This document shows, in pieces, positions 37,888 to 48,410 of a DNA stretch of 64,000 nt. A program made the position numbers and the translations under genes. Numbering within the stretch: position 1 is the first letter of the stretch; each line of letters opens with the position of its first letter. The notes beneath the pieces were generated by a model. That model was not told the origin of the DNA. It ran no database searches and was given only the letters and a program-made list of their open reading frames with translations. Source of the DNA: a bacterium (GTDB lineage: Bacteria; Zhuqueibacterota; QNDG01; JAGLOF01); the NCBI GenBank assembly GCA_016934955.1, contig JAFGRY010000049.1:61503-125502 (forward strand), read 5' to 3'.

Positions 37888-38838
37888 ATGAAGATCACTC
37901 TTACCCATTTGCTCGGGCTTGAGGGCGTTTCAAAACAGGATATTACGACGATTCTCGATACCGCGGATACCTTTAAAAACGTTTTGAAACGTCCCATACC
38001 CAAGGTGCCAACCATGAAGGGGAAGACTATCGTCAACCTTTTCTTCGAACCGTCTACGAGAACCCGGTTCTCCTTTGAACTGGCGGAAAAGCGTCTTTCC
38101 GCCGATACGGTAAATTTTTCGGCGTCGAGCTCAAGCGTGCTCAAGGGCGAGACCCTCAAAGATACCATCAAAAACATCGAAGCCATGCGCATTGATTTCG
38201 TCGTTATGCGGCACGGGGCTCCCGGATCCGCGAAATATCTCTCCGAATGTGTCAACGCCTCCGTGATCAACGCGGGTGACGGCGCCCATGAGCATCCAAC
38301 CCAGGGACTGCTGGATATGATGACGATCAGGGAGAAGGTCGGCAGAATCGAAGGGCTGAACGTGACCATTATCGGCGATATCAAGCACAGCCGCGTCGCC
38401 CGTTCAAATATTCACGGCCTCATCTCCATGGGAGCGCATGTGGGGGTCTGCGGCCCGGCAACCCTGCTTCCCCGCGATATCAGGGAACTGGGCGTGACGG
38501 TGTATCCGTCCCTTGAAGACGCGCTGGCCGATTCAGATGTGATCAACGTACTGCGAATACAGCTCGAACGCCAGAAGGGCGGCCAGTTTCCTTCACTGCG
38601 GGAGTACCGCACCCTGTTCGGTATCACCGGCGAACGGTTGCAGCATGCGAAAAAGGGAATCACGGTGCTGCATCCCGGTCCCATGAACCGGGGCGTGGAA
38701 ATCGACAGTGATGTGGCCGACGGTAACGCGTCGGTCATCCTCGATCAGGTGACCAATGGACTGGCGGTCCGTATGGCGGTACTCTACCTGCTGGCGGGCG
38801 GCAGATCAAAAATGGAGGGAGACAGCAATGCCCAGTAA
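37888..38838 (+). CDS. pyrB: Aspartate carbamoyltransferase catalytic subunit
   Basis: STRTR motif ([16 protein letters not shown]), HPTQ and HPGP motifs. Confidence 0.9.
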   Translation: MKITLTHLLGLEGVSKQDITTILDTADTFKNVLKRPIPKVPTMKGKTIVNLFFEPSTRTRFSFELAEKRLSADTVNFSASSSSVLKGETLKDTIKNIEAMRIDFVVMRHGAPGSAKYLSECVNASVINAGDGAHEHPTQGLLDMMTIREKVGRIEGLNVTIIGDIKHSRVARSNIHGLISMGAHVGVCGPATLLPRDIRELGVTVYPSLEDALADSDVINVLRIQLERQKGGQFPSLREYRTLFGITGERLQHAKKGITVLHPGPMNRGVEIDSDVADGNASVILDQVTNGLAVRMAVLYLLAGGRSKMEGDSNAQ

Positions 38839-40126
38839 CAAACCCGAATTCTTTGAAACGCTCCTGCTCAAGGGGGGCACCGTTGTCGATCCTTCCTCAA
38901 ACCGGAACGAAAAAGCGGACATCATCGTCGACGGTGATACAATCAGGCAGGTGGGGACCATCGACGCCTCGTCTTTTTCAGGCAAGGTGATCGACTGTAC
39001 GGGAAAGACTATCATTCCAGGGCTCATGGACATGCATGTGCATTTGCGGGAACCGGGTGAGGAGCACAAGGAGACGGTCGAGAGCGGTCTGCGTGCCGCC
39101 ATGAACGGAGGATTCACCGCCGTATGCTCCATGCCGAACACCAAGCCCGCCATCGATTCCCTGAGCCAGATCGAGCTGCTCCGCAAGCTTTCCGGGGGCA
39201 TGCTCACCGATCTTCATCCCATCGCCGCCGTCACCAAGGGCAGAGAAGGGAAGGAGCTTACGGAAATGGGCGAACTGGCCGCGGCCGGCGCGGTCGGATT
39301 TTCCGATGACGGCAGCCCTGTGCTCAACAGCGGACTGATGCGCAATGCCATGGAATACGCGGCCATGGTGGGGCGCTGTGTCATTGACCACTGTGAAGAT
39401 CCCGACCTTGCAGGGGGCGGTCACATGAACGAGAGCCTCCAGTCCACCTATGCAGGGCTGAAAGCCATTCCATCGATCAGTGAAGCAGTGCAGGTCGCCC
39501 GGGATGTGCTGATATCCGAATACACCGGATGTCCGGTTCACATCGCCCATGTATCTACGGAAGAATCGGTGCGGATCATCCGCAATGCCAAGGCCCGCAA
39601 GATCGCGGTCACCGCGGAAACCTGTCCCCACTATCTTGTCCTGACCGATGAAGCGGTACGAACCTATGACACCAACTACAAAATGAACCCCCCGCTCAGG
39701 TCCGCGAAAGATCAGGCCGCCCTCATCGCCGGGCTCAAGGACGGCACCATCGACGTCATCGCCTCCGACCATGCTCCTCATCACGCAGATGACAAGGATC
39801 TCGAGTTCAGCGCGGCAGCCTTCGGCATTGTCGGCCTGGAGACATCCCTGGGCATAGTGCTCACGGAGCTGATGGGCAACCATCAGTTCAGTCTTGTTCA
39901 GATAATCGAGCTGATGTCCGCCAATCCCCGCAGGATTACCCGTGTCCCGGCCATTTCCATTCAGCAGGATCAGACGGCCAGCCTGACGATTCTCGATCTC
40001 GGGATGAAGTGGACCGTCGACAGCGCCGCCTTTATGTCCAGATCGGTGAATACGCCGTTTAACGGCAGGGAACTCAGCGGAGGAGCCTGGGGGGTGGTCA
40101 ACAATCACCAGGTATTTGTAAAATAG
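38828..40126 (+). CDS. pyrC: Dihydroorotase
   Basis: Start at ATG after GGAGGG, overlapping the pyrB end by 11 nt. [10 protein letters not shown] metal-binding motif, IASDHAPH. Confidence 0.85.
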   Translation: MPSNKPEFFETLLLKGGTVVDPSSNRNEKADIIVDGDTIRQVGTIDASSFSGKVIDCTGKTIIPGLMDMHVHLREPGEEHKETVESGLRAAMNGGFTAVCSMPNTKPAIDSLSQIELLRKLSGGMLTDLHPIAAVTKGREGKELTEMGELAAAGAVGFSDDGSPVLNSGLMRNAMEYAAMVGRCVIDHCEDPDLAGGGHMNESLQSTYAGLKAIPSISEAVQVARDVLISEYTGCPVHIAHVSTEESVRIIRNAKARKIAVTAETCPHYLVLTDEAVRTYDTNYKMNPPLRSAKDQAALIAGLKDGTIDVIASDHAPHHADDKDLEFSAAAFGIVGLETSLGIVLTELMGNHQFSLVQIIELMSANPRRITRVPAISIQQDQTASLTILDLGMKWTVDSAAFMSRSVNTPFNGRELSGGAWGVVNNHQVFVK

Positions 40127-40149
40127 TTCGGTTAGAATGAATAAATAAC

Positions 40150-40178
40150 TTGACAAAAAAATACATTTTTATTACCTT
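40150..40178 (+). promoter_or_regulatory. Sigma70-like promoter (TTGACA-N17-TACCTT) for rplM-rpsI
   Basis: TTGACA at 40150-40155, 17-nt AT-rich spacer, TACCTT at 40173-40178, ~40 nt upstream of the rplM GTG. Confidence 0.5.
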
Positions 40179-40217
40179 GTGAGACTTTGGAAGTGTAAGT
40201 TGAAGGAGTAAAGAACC

Positions 40218-40661
40218 GTGAAAACTGTTGTACCCAAAAAAGACAGCGTAGAACGCAGCTGGTACATTCTCGACGGAAACGACCAGGTGCTGGGCCGGCT
40301 GGCGACCCAGGCTGCCGTTCTCCTGCGCGGCAAACATAAACCCGCATATACTCCTCATCTCGACTTAGGCGATCACGTTGTGATCATCAACGCCGAGAAA
40401 GTCAAGGTGACCGGTAACAAGACCGATCAGAAGATCTATACCAGATACAGCGGGTATCCGGGCGGATTGAAGAAGCAGTCGCTCCAGGAGATGCTGAACA
40501 AACACCCGGAGCGGGTCCTGACACATGCGGTCAAGGGAATGCTTCCCAAAAACCGTCTCGGAAGGAAAATGATCAAAAAACTGAAAATCTATACGGGACC
40601 GGAGCATCCGCACCAGGCCCAGAAACCCGTAGAATTACCCGAACACTTGAGGAGAGCATGA
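40218..40661 (+). CDS. rplM: 50S ribosomal protein L13
   Basis: GTG start after [56 protein letters not shown] is the canonical L13 sequence. Confidence 0.95.
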   Translation: MKTVVPKKDSVERSWYILDGNDQVLGRLATQAAVLLRGKHKPAYTPHLDLGDHVVIINAEKVKVTGNKTDQKIYTRYSGYPGGLKKQSLQEMLNKHPERVLTHAVKGMLPKNRLGRKMIKKLKIYTGPEHPHQAQKPVELPEHLRRA

Positions 40662-41050
40662 AAGGGACACACTATTACGCCACTGGGAGACGCAAGGAAT
40701 CGGTCGCACGGGTCTGGATCGCTCCCGGAACCGGTGCTTTCGAAGTGAATAAAAAGCAATTGCTCGATCATTTCAGGCGCCCCACGCTGGACATGATCAT
40801 CAGGCAGCCTTTCAAAGTCACTGAGACCGAGAACCAGTATGATGTACGAGTGACCGTCAAAGGCGGCGGACTCACCGGTCAGGCGGGTGCCATGCTCCTT
40901 GGCATTTCCCGGGCGCTGGTGAAGGCGAATGAAGATTTCAAGAAACCTCTGAGGGACGCGGGATTTCTCACCCGGGATCCCAGGGAAAAAGAGCGGAAAA
41001 AATACGGACAGCCTGGCGCCAGAAAACGGTTCCAGTTCTCCAAGCGGTAA
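40658..41050 (+). CDS. rpsI: 30S ribosomal protein S9
   Basis: ATGA overlap with rpl[12 protein letters not shown]...[10 protein letters not shown]...[16 protein letters not shown]. Confidence 0.95.
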   Translation: MKGTHYYATGRRKESVARVWIAPGTGAFEVNKKQLLDHFRRPTLDMIIRQPFKVTETENQYDVRVTVKGGGLTGQAGAMLLGISRALVKANEDFKKPLRDAGFLTRDPREKERKKYGQPGARKRFQFSKR

Positions 41051-41106
41051 TCGTTACCGTTTGTACCGGTTACAAATTCGCACATTTCCCGATTTTCAGA
41101 AGGGTG

Positions 41107-41134
41107 CCGGTCCCGATAACGGGACCGGTTTTCT
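41107..41134 (+). terminator. Rho-independent terminator after rpsI
   Basis: CCGGTCCCG-ataa-CGGGACCGG hairpin followed by TTTTCT. Confidence 0.75.
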
Positions 41135-41182
41135 GAAAAGAGGACGGAAATGGAAGAATAACCCTTGTTGCAAGGAGACACC

Positions 41183-41971
41183 ATGCCTAAAGTAACACTG
41201 CAGCAGCTGCTGATGTCCGGAGCGCATTTCGGACATATGACCCGCCGATGGAATCCCAAGATGAAGCCCTATATTTTCATGGAGCGCAACGGGATTTACA
41301 TCATCGATCTCAACAAAACAGTACAATGCCTCGAAAAAGCGCTTGATGTGGTCAGAAAAATTGCCGCCGAAGGCGAAAATATCCTCTTCCTGGGTACCAA
41401 GAAACAGGCGAAGGACATCATCAAGATCGAGGCGGAACGGTGCGGTATGCCCTTTGTGTCGGAGCGCTGGCTGGGCGGCATGCTCACCAATTTCGTGACG
41501 ATCCGCAAGAGTATCAAATACCTTAAAAACCTCGAGAAGAAAGCAACAGACGGCACCTATGACCAGATCAGCAAGAAAGAGATTCTGCAGATCGAACGCC
41601 AGAAGGAAAAACTCGAGAAAAACCTCGGCGGTATTCGTGAGATGAACCGTATTCCCGGTGCTCTGTTTGTCGTCGACACCAAAAAAGAGGCCATCGCCAT
41701 CGCCGAGGCCCGGAAGCTTAATATTCCCGTGATCGGCATGATCGATACCAACAGCGATCCTGACAGTATCGATTATCCCATTCCGGCAAACGACGATGCA
41801 TTCAAATCGATCAGTCTCATCGTCCACACGACGGCCGATGCGGTCCTGGAAAGCAGGATGAAGACCGAGCACGCGGTGAAAGACAAAACCGATGAGCCCG
41901 AAGAGGCGGCCGAGAAAACGCCGGTCACCGCCGATGCAGAGAATGAATTCGAAGAAGACGAGAACAATTAA
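41183..41971 (+). CDS. rpsB: 30S ribosomal protein S2
   Basis: Start at ATG after AAGGAG ([27 protein letters not shown]...); the track ORF begins 18 nt earlier. Confidence 0.95.
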   Translation: MPKVTLQQLLMSGAHFGHMTRRWNPKMKPYIFMERNGIYIIDLNKTVQCLEKALDVVRKIAAEGENILFLGTKKQAKDIIKIEAERCGMPFVSERWLGGMLTNFVTIRKSIKYLKNLEKKATDGTYDQISKKEILQIERQKEKLEKNLGGIREMNRIPGALFVVDTKKEAIAIAEARKLNIPVIGMIDTNSDPDSIDYPIPANDDAFKSISLIVHTTADAVLESRMKTEHAVKDKTDEPEEAAEKTPVTADAENEFEEDENN

Positions 41972-41990
41972 GCGCATCCGAGGAGTATCC

Positions 41991-42590
41991 ATGAGTATTT
42001 CGGCAGCAGATGTTAAAAAGCTTCGCGACAAAACCGGCGCGGGCATGATGGACTGTAAAAAGGCTCTGGTCGAGACCGACGGAGATGTGGAAAAGGCCAT
42101 TGAATTTTTGCGGAAAAAAGGGATCGCCTCAGCCCAGAAACGGGACAGCAAAGACGCCAACGAAGGGGCGATCATGAGCTACATTCACCCCGGCAACAGA
42201 ATCGGTGTAATGCTTGAATTGAACTGCGAAACAGATTTTGTCGCAAAAACCAATGATTTTCAGCAGCTCGCCCGGGATCTGGCCATGCACATTGCCGCAG
42301 CTAATCCGCTCGCAGTGGAACGGGAGAATATCCCGGCGGAAATTATTGAAAAAGAAAAAGAAATCTATCGTGCCCAGGTGCTCAATGAGGGCAAACCCGA
42401 GAAGATTGTCGACAAGATCGTCGACGGCAAGATAGAAAAATATATTCAGGAGATCGTCCTCTACGAGCAGAATTTTGTGAAAGACACCGATAAAACGGTA
42501 AAAGAGTATCTGCTTGAACAATCCGGAAAACTGGGGGAAAAGCTCTCCGTCCGTCGTTTCGAGCGCTATCAGCTCGGTGAAGAACTGTAG
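41991..42590 (+). CDS. tsf: Elongation factor Ts
   Basis: Start at ATG after AGGAG (MSISAADVKKLRDKTGAGMMDCKKAL...). The longer upstream extension in the track overlaps rpsB in another frame. Confidence 0.95.
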   Translation: MSISAADVKKLRDKTGAGMMDCKKALVETDGDVEKAIEFLRKKGIASAQKRDSKDANEGAIMSYIHPGNRIGVMLELNCETDFVAKTNDFQQLARDLAMHIAAANPLAVERENIPAEIIEKEKEIYRAQVLNEGKPEKIVDKIVDGKIEKYIQEIVLYEQNFVKDTDKTVKEYLLEQSGKLGEKLSVRRFERYQLGEEL

Positions 42591-42635
42591 ACCGCGTCTT
42601 CCGGGCCCACCGTCACCATTCGAGAGACCGCTGTC

Positions 42636-43367
42636 ATGCCGAAAGAACTGCGCTACAAACGGGTGCTGATCAAACTTAGCGGAGAAGCGCTGCGATCCAG
42701 CCGTGAGCTTGAGATCGATCCGGAAGTGGTTCGGCGTATCGCCTCCGAGATTCATGCTTTGACCAGGAGCGGTGTCGAAATCGGCATCGTTATCGGCGGC
42801 GGTAATATTTTCAGAGGTCTCTCGGCCAGCGCCAGGGGAATGGACCGGGTGGCTGCCGATCATATGGGAATGCTCGCCACAATCATCAACTCTCTGGCCA
42901 TGCAGGACTTTCTCGAGAGGGAACAGGTACCGACCCGCGTCATGTCCGCCATCCGTATTGAATCGATGGCCGAACCCTATATCCGCAGACGGGCAATCAG
43001 ACATCTGGAAAAAGGGCGGGTAGTGATCTTCGCCGCCGGCACGGGCAATCCCTATTTCACCACCGATACGGCGGCGGCGCTTCGCGCCATCGAGATCGGA
43101 GCCAATGTCATCATGAAAGGCACCAAGGTCGACGGTGTATACTGTTCCGATCCCGTTACAAATGAGCATGCAGAAAAATACAGTGCCATTACGTACAGCG
43201 AGGTTATTGAAAAAAAGCTGAAAGTCATGGATGCGACCGCAGTGACCCTCTGCCGGGAAAATCGTATTCCGATCGTCGTGTTCAAGCTGCTGGAACCCGG
43301 CAACATGAAACGGATCATTCACGGCGAATCTGTGGGAACAATAGTCAAAGGAGAGACTCATGGTTGA
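42636..43367 (+). CDS. pyrH: UMP kinase
   Basis: [25 protein letters not shown]. Confidence 0.95.
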   Translation: MPKELRYKRVLIKLSGEALRSSRELEIDPEVVRRIASEIHALTRSGVEIGIVIGGGNIFRGLSASARGMDRVAADHMGMLATIINSLAMQDFLEREQVPTRVMSAIRIESMAEPYIRRRAIRHLEKGRVVIFAAGTGNPYFTTDTAAALRAIEIGANVIMKGTKVDGVYCSDPVTNEHAEKYSAITYSEVIEKKLKVMDATAVTLCRENRIPIVVFKLLEPGNMKRIIHGESVGTIVKGETHG

Positions 43368-43917
43368 TGATATTCTTCTTGACGCAGAAGAGCGGATGAC
43401 TAAATCAGTCACTACTACGAAATCGGAGCTCGGAAAAATCAGGACCGGCCGGGCGAACCTCTCTTTGCTCGACAGTATCAAAGTCAATTATTACGGAAGC
43501 AGCGTGCCCGTTAATCAGGTGGCGAATCTCGGCATTCCCGAACCCCGCCTGATCGTCATTCAGCCCTGGGAAAAACCGATGCTCGGGGAAATCGAGAAAG
43601 CGATTCTCAAGGCGGATATCGGGATCACTCCCAACAATGACGGCAACGTGATCAGGCTGCCCATTCCGCAGCTGACCGAGGAACGGCGCAAGGATTTTGT
43701 CAAGCTCATTCACCAGCTGGGTGAAGATGGAAAAATCGCGATCAGAAATATTCGGCGGGATGCCATCGACCATCTGAAAAAGCTTGAAAAAGAGAGTAAA
43801 ATTTCCGAAGATGAACAGTACAACGGCGGCATCGATATTCAGGAGCTGACCGACACCTATGTCAAAATCATCGACGAGGCGGTCGCTGCCAAAGAAAAAG
43901 AGCTGATGGAAATTTAG
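43360..43917 (+). CDS. frr: Ribosome recycling factor
   Basis: 8-nt overlap with pyr[35 protein letters not shown]. Confidence 0.95.
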   Translation: MVDDILLDAEERMTKSVTTTKSELGKIRTGRANLSLLDSIKVNYYGSSVPVNQVANLGIPEPRLIVIQPWEKPMLGEIEKAILKADIGITPNNDGNVIRLPIPQLTEERRKDFVKLIHQLGEDGKIAIRNIRRDAIDHLKKLEKESKISEDEQYNGGIDIQELTDTYVKIIDEAVAAKEKELMEI

Positions 43918-43940
43918 CATTTATTCCATCACGTTTTCCG

Positions 43941-43972
43941 GCCGCGATGTCACCTCTCGCGGCTTTTTTTTT
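43941..43972 (+). terminator. Rho-independent terminator after frr
   Basis: GCCGCGA-tgtcacctc-TCGCGGC hairpin followed by T9. Confidence 0.8.
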
Positions 43973-43984
43973 GAGGGAGGGCGT

Positions 43985-44920
43985 ATGGGAGATCATTCCC
44001 GTTCGGTTTCGGCCGTGTTGGTCATAGCATGGTTTTTCTGTGCAGGCGCGCTCTCCGCGCAGGAGAGCAGGGTACCGCTGCAGCTTCGGTATACCGGATC
44101 CTGGGGAGGGACAGGCAGTGAGAAAGGCCGGCTGCATCAGGCCCGCGCAATCGCCGTCGATCCTGCGGGTGACGTCTTTATCTGCGACACCGGAAATCAC
44201 CGTATTCAGAAATTCAGTCTGTACGGCCGGTTCATCGTGCATGCCGGCGGATTCGGATGGGGGGAGGATCAGTTCGACCGTCCCGTTTCCATCACCGCCC
44301 GTAACGGGCTCGATGTCTATGTCGCCGATGTCAATACCAACCGTATTCTTCGCTACGACAAGGATTGTCACTTTATTTCCGTTTTTTCCCCTGCCGATAC
44401 CGACGACGGTGATGCCGGCATCGAATACCCCGAAGCCGTGGATATCAATCCCCTGGGTGAACTCTATATTCTCGATTCGATCAACAAAAAGGCGGTGAAG
44501 TACGACCGTACCGGGATGCCTGTTGTCGTGTTTGGGGATTTCGGAGGGGGAGAGGGGAGATTGAGGGATCCCGCTGATCTCCATGTCGACGGGTCCGGAA
44601 AGGTGCTCATCGCCGACCGCGGGGAGCATTGCCTGAAAGTCTATGATATGTACGGCAATTATCTCCATGATATCGGCAGGGACGCGGATATGGATCCGGG
44701 AACGGTGACCACGATTGCATCCGACTATATCATCTGCGCCGATCATATGGCACCGACGATACGGCTGTTCAGCGGTGCAGGAGTCTACGCAGGAATTCTC
44801 GATACAGGGATCCCCGGTCTCGTCATTGCCGATATTGCCGTGTATCAGCGGTTCCTCGCGGTGCTCGACGCCGGCACCGATACGGTCTACCTGTTTACAA
44901 TTGCGGATGCCGGAGAGTGA
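43985..44920 (+). CDS. Secreted NHL-repeat (six-bladed beta-propeller) protein
   Basis: RBS GAGGGAGGG. Signal peptide. Repeated NHL motifs (AVDPAGDVFICDTGNHRIQKF, VADVNTNRILRY, ILDSINKKAVKY, IADRGEHCLKVY). Confidence 0.8.
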   Translation: MGDHSRSVSAVLVIAWFFCAGALSAQESRVPLQLRYTGSWGGTGSEKGRLHQARAIAVDPAGDVFICDTGNHRIQKFSLYGRFIVHAGGFGWGEDQFDRPVSITARNGLDVYVADVNTNRILRYDKDCHFISVFSPADTDDGDAGIEYPEAVDINPLGELYILDSINKKAVKYDRTGMPVVVFGDFGGGEGRLRDPADLHVDGSGKVLIADRGEHCLKVYDMYGNYLHDIGRDADMDPGTVTTIASDYIICADHMAPTIRLFSGAGVYAGILDTGIPGLVIADIAVYQRFLAVLDAGTDTVYLFTIADAGE

Positions 44921-44926
44921 GCGGCC

Positions 44927-47900
44927 ATGCGCCCTGACCGGATACCGGCGCTGCTGTTCTGCCTGCTCCTTTCTGCGTCTGCGGCGAGAGCGCAGACGCC
45001 GGGGCGAGAAAGCGGGCTCACCTTCCATGTCTCGCAATGGGACAGGACAGAGGCCGCGCACGTCTGGTATCTTCCGCACCGGTTCATCATGAAGGGAACG
45101 GAGCTCCTCTATCGCAACGGGACAAAACTGACGGCCGGTGATTCCTACCGTCTCGATTACGTGAACGGGGTTGTGCTGTTCGATCGTCCGGTCCCTCCTG
45201 CGGATACGGTGACCATTTCCTATCGCTACCTGCCGCTGACCCTTCAGACATATTATCTCCTCTGGAACCGTTCATCGGCACCGGACAGCGCCGGTGTCCC
45301 CTCTCCTGGCTTTCGTGAAGGCGGCCGCGCCGCAGGAACAAACAGATTTCCGGAAACCGGCGCGCTGCAGCGAAGCGGATCGATTTTTCGCGGCATTTCT
45401 CTGGGCAGTGATCAGGGGATGCGTCTCCAGTCCGGCCTGAGGCTTCAGATTTCCGGTTCGATCGCCAGCGGAGTCGATCTCGTCGCTTCCCTCACCGATC
45501 AGAGCACACCCATTCAGCCCGAGGGAAACACCCAGACGCTGCAGGAGATCGATAAAATATTCATCAGCGTCAGTTCTCCTCATTTCAAGGCGACACTGGG
45601 AGATTTTGTGGTTTCCATGCAGAATGACGCGGTGGGATCATATGATCGAAAACTGCAGGGGGCAATGAGTGAGATCAGCGATCGTGGAAAATCACTGAAA
45701 CTGATCGCCGCCGCAAGCAAGGGCACCTATAAAAGCATGTATTTCAGCGGCGTCGAAGGAAAGCAGGGGCCCTACCAGCTGACCGGCACTGCGGGGCAGC
45801 GTGAGATTATAGTTCTCGCCGGCACGGAAAAAGTGTTCATCGACGGACAGCGTCTCGTCCGGGGAGAAGACAACGACTACACTATCGAATACGGAAGCGG
45901 GCAGATCACGTTTACCAGGAAGAAACTGATAACCGCCGACTCCCGAATCACCGTTGATTTCGAGTATTCAGACCAGAAGTTTCAAAAACAGGTCTATGGG
46001 GCCGAGGGATCGGTGCCGCTTTTCGGCGGCCGCCTGAGGGTGGGGGGGAGTCTGCTCTACGAAGCTGATGACCGGGAGAATCCCCTGGATATCGTTCTTT
46101 CCGATACCTACCGGGACGTTCTGAATAACGCAGGAGACGATCCCGACGCGGCAGTCGCCCCCGGTGCCGAGTATGTGGGAGAACGTCAGGGCAGCTATAC
46201 GAAAAAGGACAGCCTGGGCCGGACCATCTACGTCTATTCCGGCGCCGGCAGGGGGGACCACATCGTTCGTTTTTCCTATGTGGGCGAAGGCAAGGGCGAC
46301 TATATCTTTCAGGGGTACGGCATCTACCGCTTTGCCGGTGACGGAGAGGGGAGTTACGCCCCGGTGATCTATCTTCCTGTCGCCCGGTCCCATCAGGTCG
46401 CCGGACTCGTTTCAGAACTGGATCTCTCCAGACACATCAGTCTGACTGGATCCTGGGCGGTGAGCACGCGGGACAATAACACCTATTCAGACATCGGCGA
46501 CGGAGACAACAGCGGCGCTGAGTGGCAGGCCTCGCTGGCGATCGACCGTTCTCCCCTGAGACCATTCGGAAAACAGGCGGGGGTCATCGATGTGAGCGCC
46601 CGCCTCAAGCGGTCCGGCGTACGGTTCGTGCCGCTGGCCAGGGTAACCCCCGTTGAGCACGGCAGAAAATGGGGAAAAGATGAGACCGATTACCAGGGAG
46701 AATCGATTCAGGAGGTTACCGGGGCCTGGGAACCGGTGGAACAGGTGCGACTGGCCGGCGGATGGGGCGGTATGGACCAGGCCGACCGGTTTTCTTCCAG
46801 CCGCTCTTCCCTCAGCATCGATGTGAACAGGCCGCGGCTTCCCCGGATCGAATTTCTCTCCGAATCCATCGGTATGGAAAATTCGGGGACCGGAAAGGGA
46901 TACTGGAACCGGCGCAACGGAGCCATAACCGTCCCGCTATCGATACTTACCGCTTCGGTGCTCTACCAGGGCGAACATCAGCGGCAGGATCTCAGCGATA
47001 CGACCGCAGCTGGATTCAGGTTCGCTGAATACACCGGAAAAATCGCTCTTCGCAGGGGGATGTTTCTGCTCTCGCATGCCCGAACACACCGTGTCAGTGA
47101 CCGCTACGAAAACAGCACGGTTCTCAATAATGAATCGACTGCCGGCACCGGACAGACAAGTCTCACTCTTGCCGTATCGGACGCATTCTCATCATCCCTG
47201 CTGTTTACCAGCAGGACGCGTGCTTACAATGCCCCTGATACGGAAAACAACCGTTCCGCGCTCGCTGACCTCATCCTCCGATACGGGAGTCCGCGCCGGC
47301 CCCTGGGCGTGACCGGTCAGTACGCCTTTTCCAGCACTCAGGCCTCGGAGATGGTTCGCGATACGATACAGGTGGGACAAGGGCTCGGGAATTACCGTTA
47401 TGATGAGGTACTGGGAGAGATCGTGCCCGACAGCGACGGTGATCTGCTCATCCGCAGCATTCAAACCGGTGTTTTTCTCCCGGTAAATCAGCTTAAATTC
47501 AGCCTCGACTGTTCCTTCAGCGGCAGGCGGATCGGCCGGAATGGGGAAACACCGCTGCAGCGGCTGGTTTCCCGTTTGCAGTCCCAGACGGTGTTCAGGA
47601 TCGAACGCCAGGACAAGGAGAACGGATTTGCCGGTGTTAACCGCCATGCGTTTTCCACTTCAGGCGTGCGGGACAGCGCTGTCGTGTCCCAGCTGCTTTC
47701 CCTGCGGCATTACACGGAATACACTCCGGAGAACAGGGATTTTTCCCTGCGGATCGAATACAAGGGAGATCTTTCCGCGAACCATGAACTGCTGTATGCG
47801 GGACTGGTTCGGTCGTACAGCGAAGGCGCGATCCGCTGCAAAACAGCCCTTAACAGCCGTTTCGCGCTGGAGGCGCGGGCCGCCGGCCGGAGCGAAGAGA

Positions 47901-48340
47901 AAGATTACGATGATCAGGGCCGCAGTGACCGCGATATCGATGTGCTTGGAGGAGATCTGCAGGTATCGTACAGGCCCCGGCGAACCCTCGAGCTTACCGC
48001 CCGCACCAGTGTTCAGCGCGGTGCTGACCGGACCCCTGATCCCGATATCGCGGCCACCGCCTTATTTATTCAGAGCGGCATCAGCTATGAAATTCTCGAA
48101 AAAGGCAGACTGCGCGCGGACTATGAATTGGGCAAAATCACATCTGAGGAGACGAAATCGGGCCTGCCGTATGAAATGTTTCGCGGCGATCAGCCCGGGA
48201 CCACCCAGCGATGGAACATCTATCTCAGCTACCGGATAAATACACATGTAATGGCTACACTGTCGTATCGCGGCCGGAATGAACCCTGGAGAAATGCCGT
48301 ATTTCACGCGGGACAGGTGGAAGTGAGAGCCTTCTTTTAG
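44927..48340 (+). CDS. Large (1137 aa) secreted protein, probable outer-membrane beta-barrel, unknown function
   Basis: Starts 6 nt after the NHL gene. Signal peptide MRPDRIPALLFCLLLSASAARAQ. Long stretches of alternating hydrophobic/polar beta-strand pattern. C-terminus ...VEVRAFF ends in Phe-Phe like OMP barrels. Confidence 0.5.
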   Translation: MRPDRIPALLFCLLLSASAARAQTPGRESGLTFHVSQWDRTEAAHVWYLPHRFIMKGTELLYRNGTKLTAGDSYRLDYVNGVVLFDRPVPPADTVTISYRYLPLTLQTYYLLWNRSSAPDSAGVPSPGFREGGRAAGTNRFPETGALQRSGSIFRGISLGSDQGMRLQSGLRLQISGSIASGVDLVASLTDQSTPIQPEGNTQTLQEIDKIFISVSSPHFKATLGDFVVSMQNDAVGSYDRKLQGAMSEISDRGKSLKLIAAASKGTYKSMYFSGVEGKQGPYQLTGTAGQREIIVLAGTEKVFIDGQRLVRGEDNDYTIEYGSGQITFTRKKLITADSRITVDFEYSDQKFQKQVYGAEGSVPLFGGRLRVGGSLLYEADDRENPLDIVLSDTYRDVLNNAGDDPDAAVAPGAEYVGERQGSYTKKDSLGRTIYVYSGAGRGDHIVRFSYVGEGKGDYIFQGYGIYRFAGDGEGSYAPVIYLPVARSHQVAGLVSELDLSRHISLTGSWAVSTRDNNTYSDIGDGDNSGAEWQASLAIDRSPLRPFGKQAGVIDVSARLKRSGVRFVPLARVTPVEHGRKWGKDETDYQGESIQEVTGAWEPVEQVRLAGGWGGMDQADRFSSSRSSLSIDVNRPRLPRIEFLSESIGMENSGTGKGYWNRRNGAITVPLSILTASVLYQGEHQRQDLSDTTAAGFRFAEYTGKIALRRGMFLLSHARTHRVSDRYENSTVLNNESTAGTGQTSLTLAVSDAFSSSLLFTSRTRAYNAPDTENNRSALADLILRYGSPRRPLGVTGQYAFSSTQASEMVRDTIQVGQGLGNYRYDEVLGEIVPDSDGDLLIRSIQTGVFLPVNQLKFSLDCSFSGRRIGRNGETPLQRLVSRLQSQTVFRIERQDKENGFAGVNRHAFSTSGVRDSAVVSQLLSLRHYTEYTPENRDFSLRIEYKGDLSANHELLYAGLVRSYSEGAIRCKTALNSRFALEARAAGRSEEKDYDDQGRSDRDIDVLGGDLQVSYRPRRTLELTARTSVQRGADRTPDPDIAATALFIQSGISYEILEKGRLRADYELGKITSEETKSGLPYEMFRGDQPGTTQRWNIYLSYRINTHVMATLSYRGRNEPWRNAVFHAGQVEVRAFF

Positions 48341-48410
48341 CCTCAGGGTATGGGAATGGTTCTCTGAGCGTCAAGTTAACATAATATATCTTATGCGAAG
48401 TTAAAAAGCC

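Noticed and set aside
38756-38827. N-terminal extension of the pyrC ORF (MDWRSVWRY...)
   Set aside because: The extension overlaps the pyrB 3' end. The ATG at 38828 follows GGAGGG and yields the conserved dihydroorotase N-terminus.
41096-43487. Two long minus-strand ORFs (359 and 452 aa) antisense to rpsB-tsf-pyrH
   Set aside because: They lie opposite universally conserved genes, with no RBS and featureless translations.
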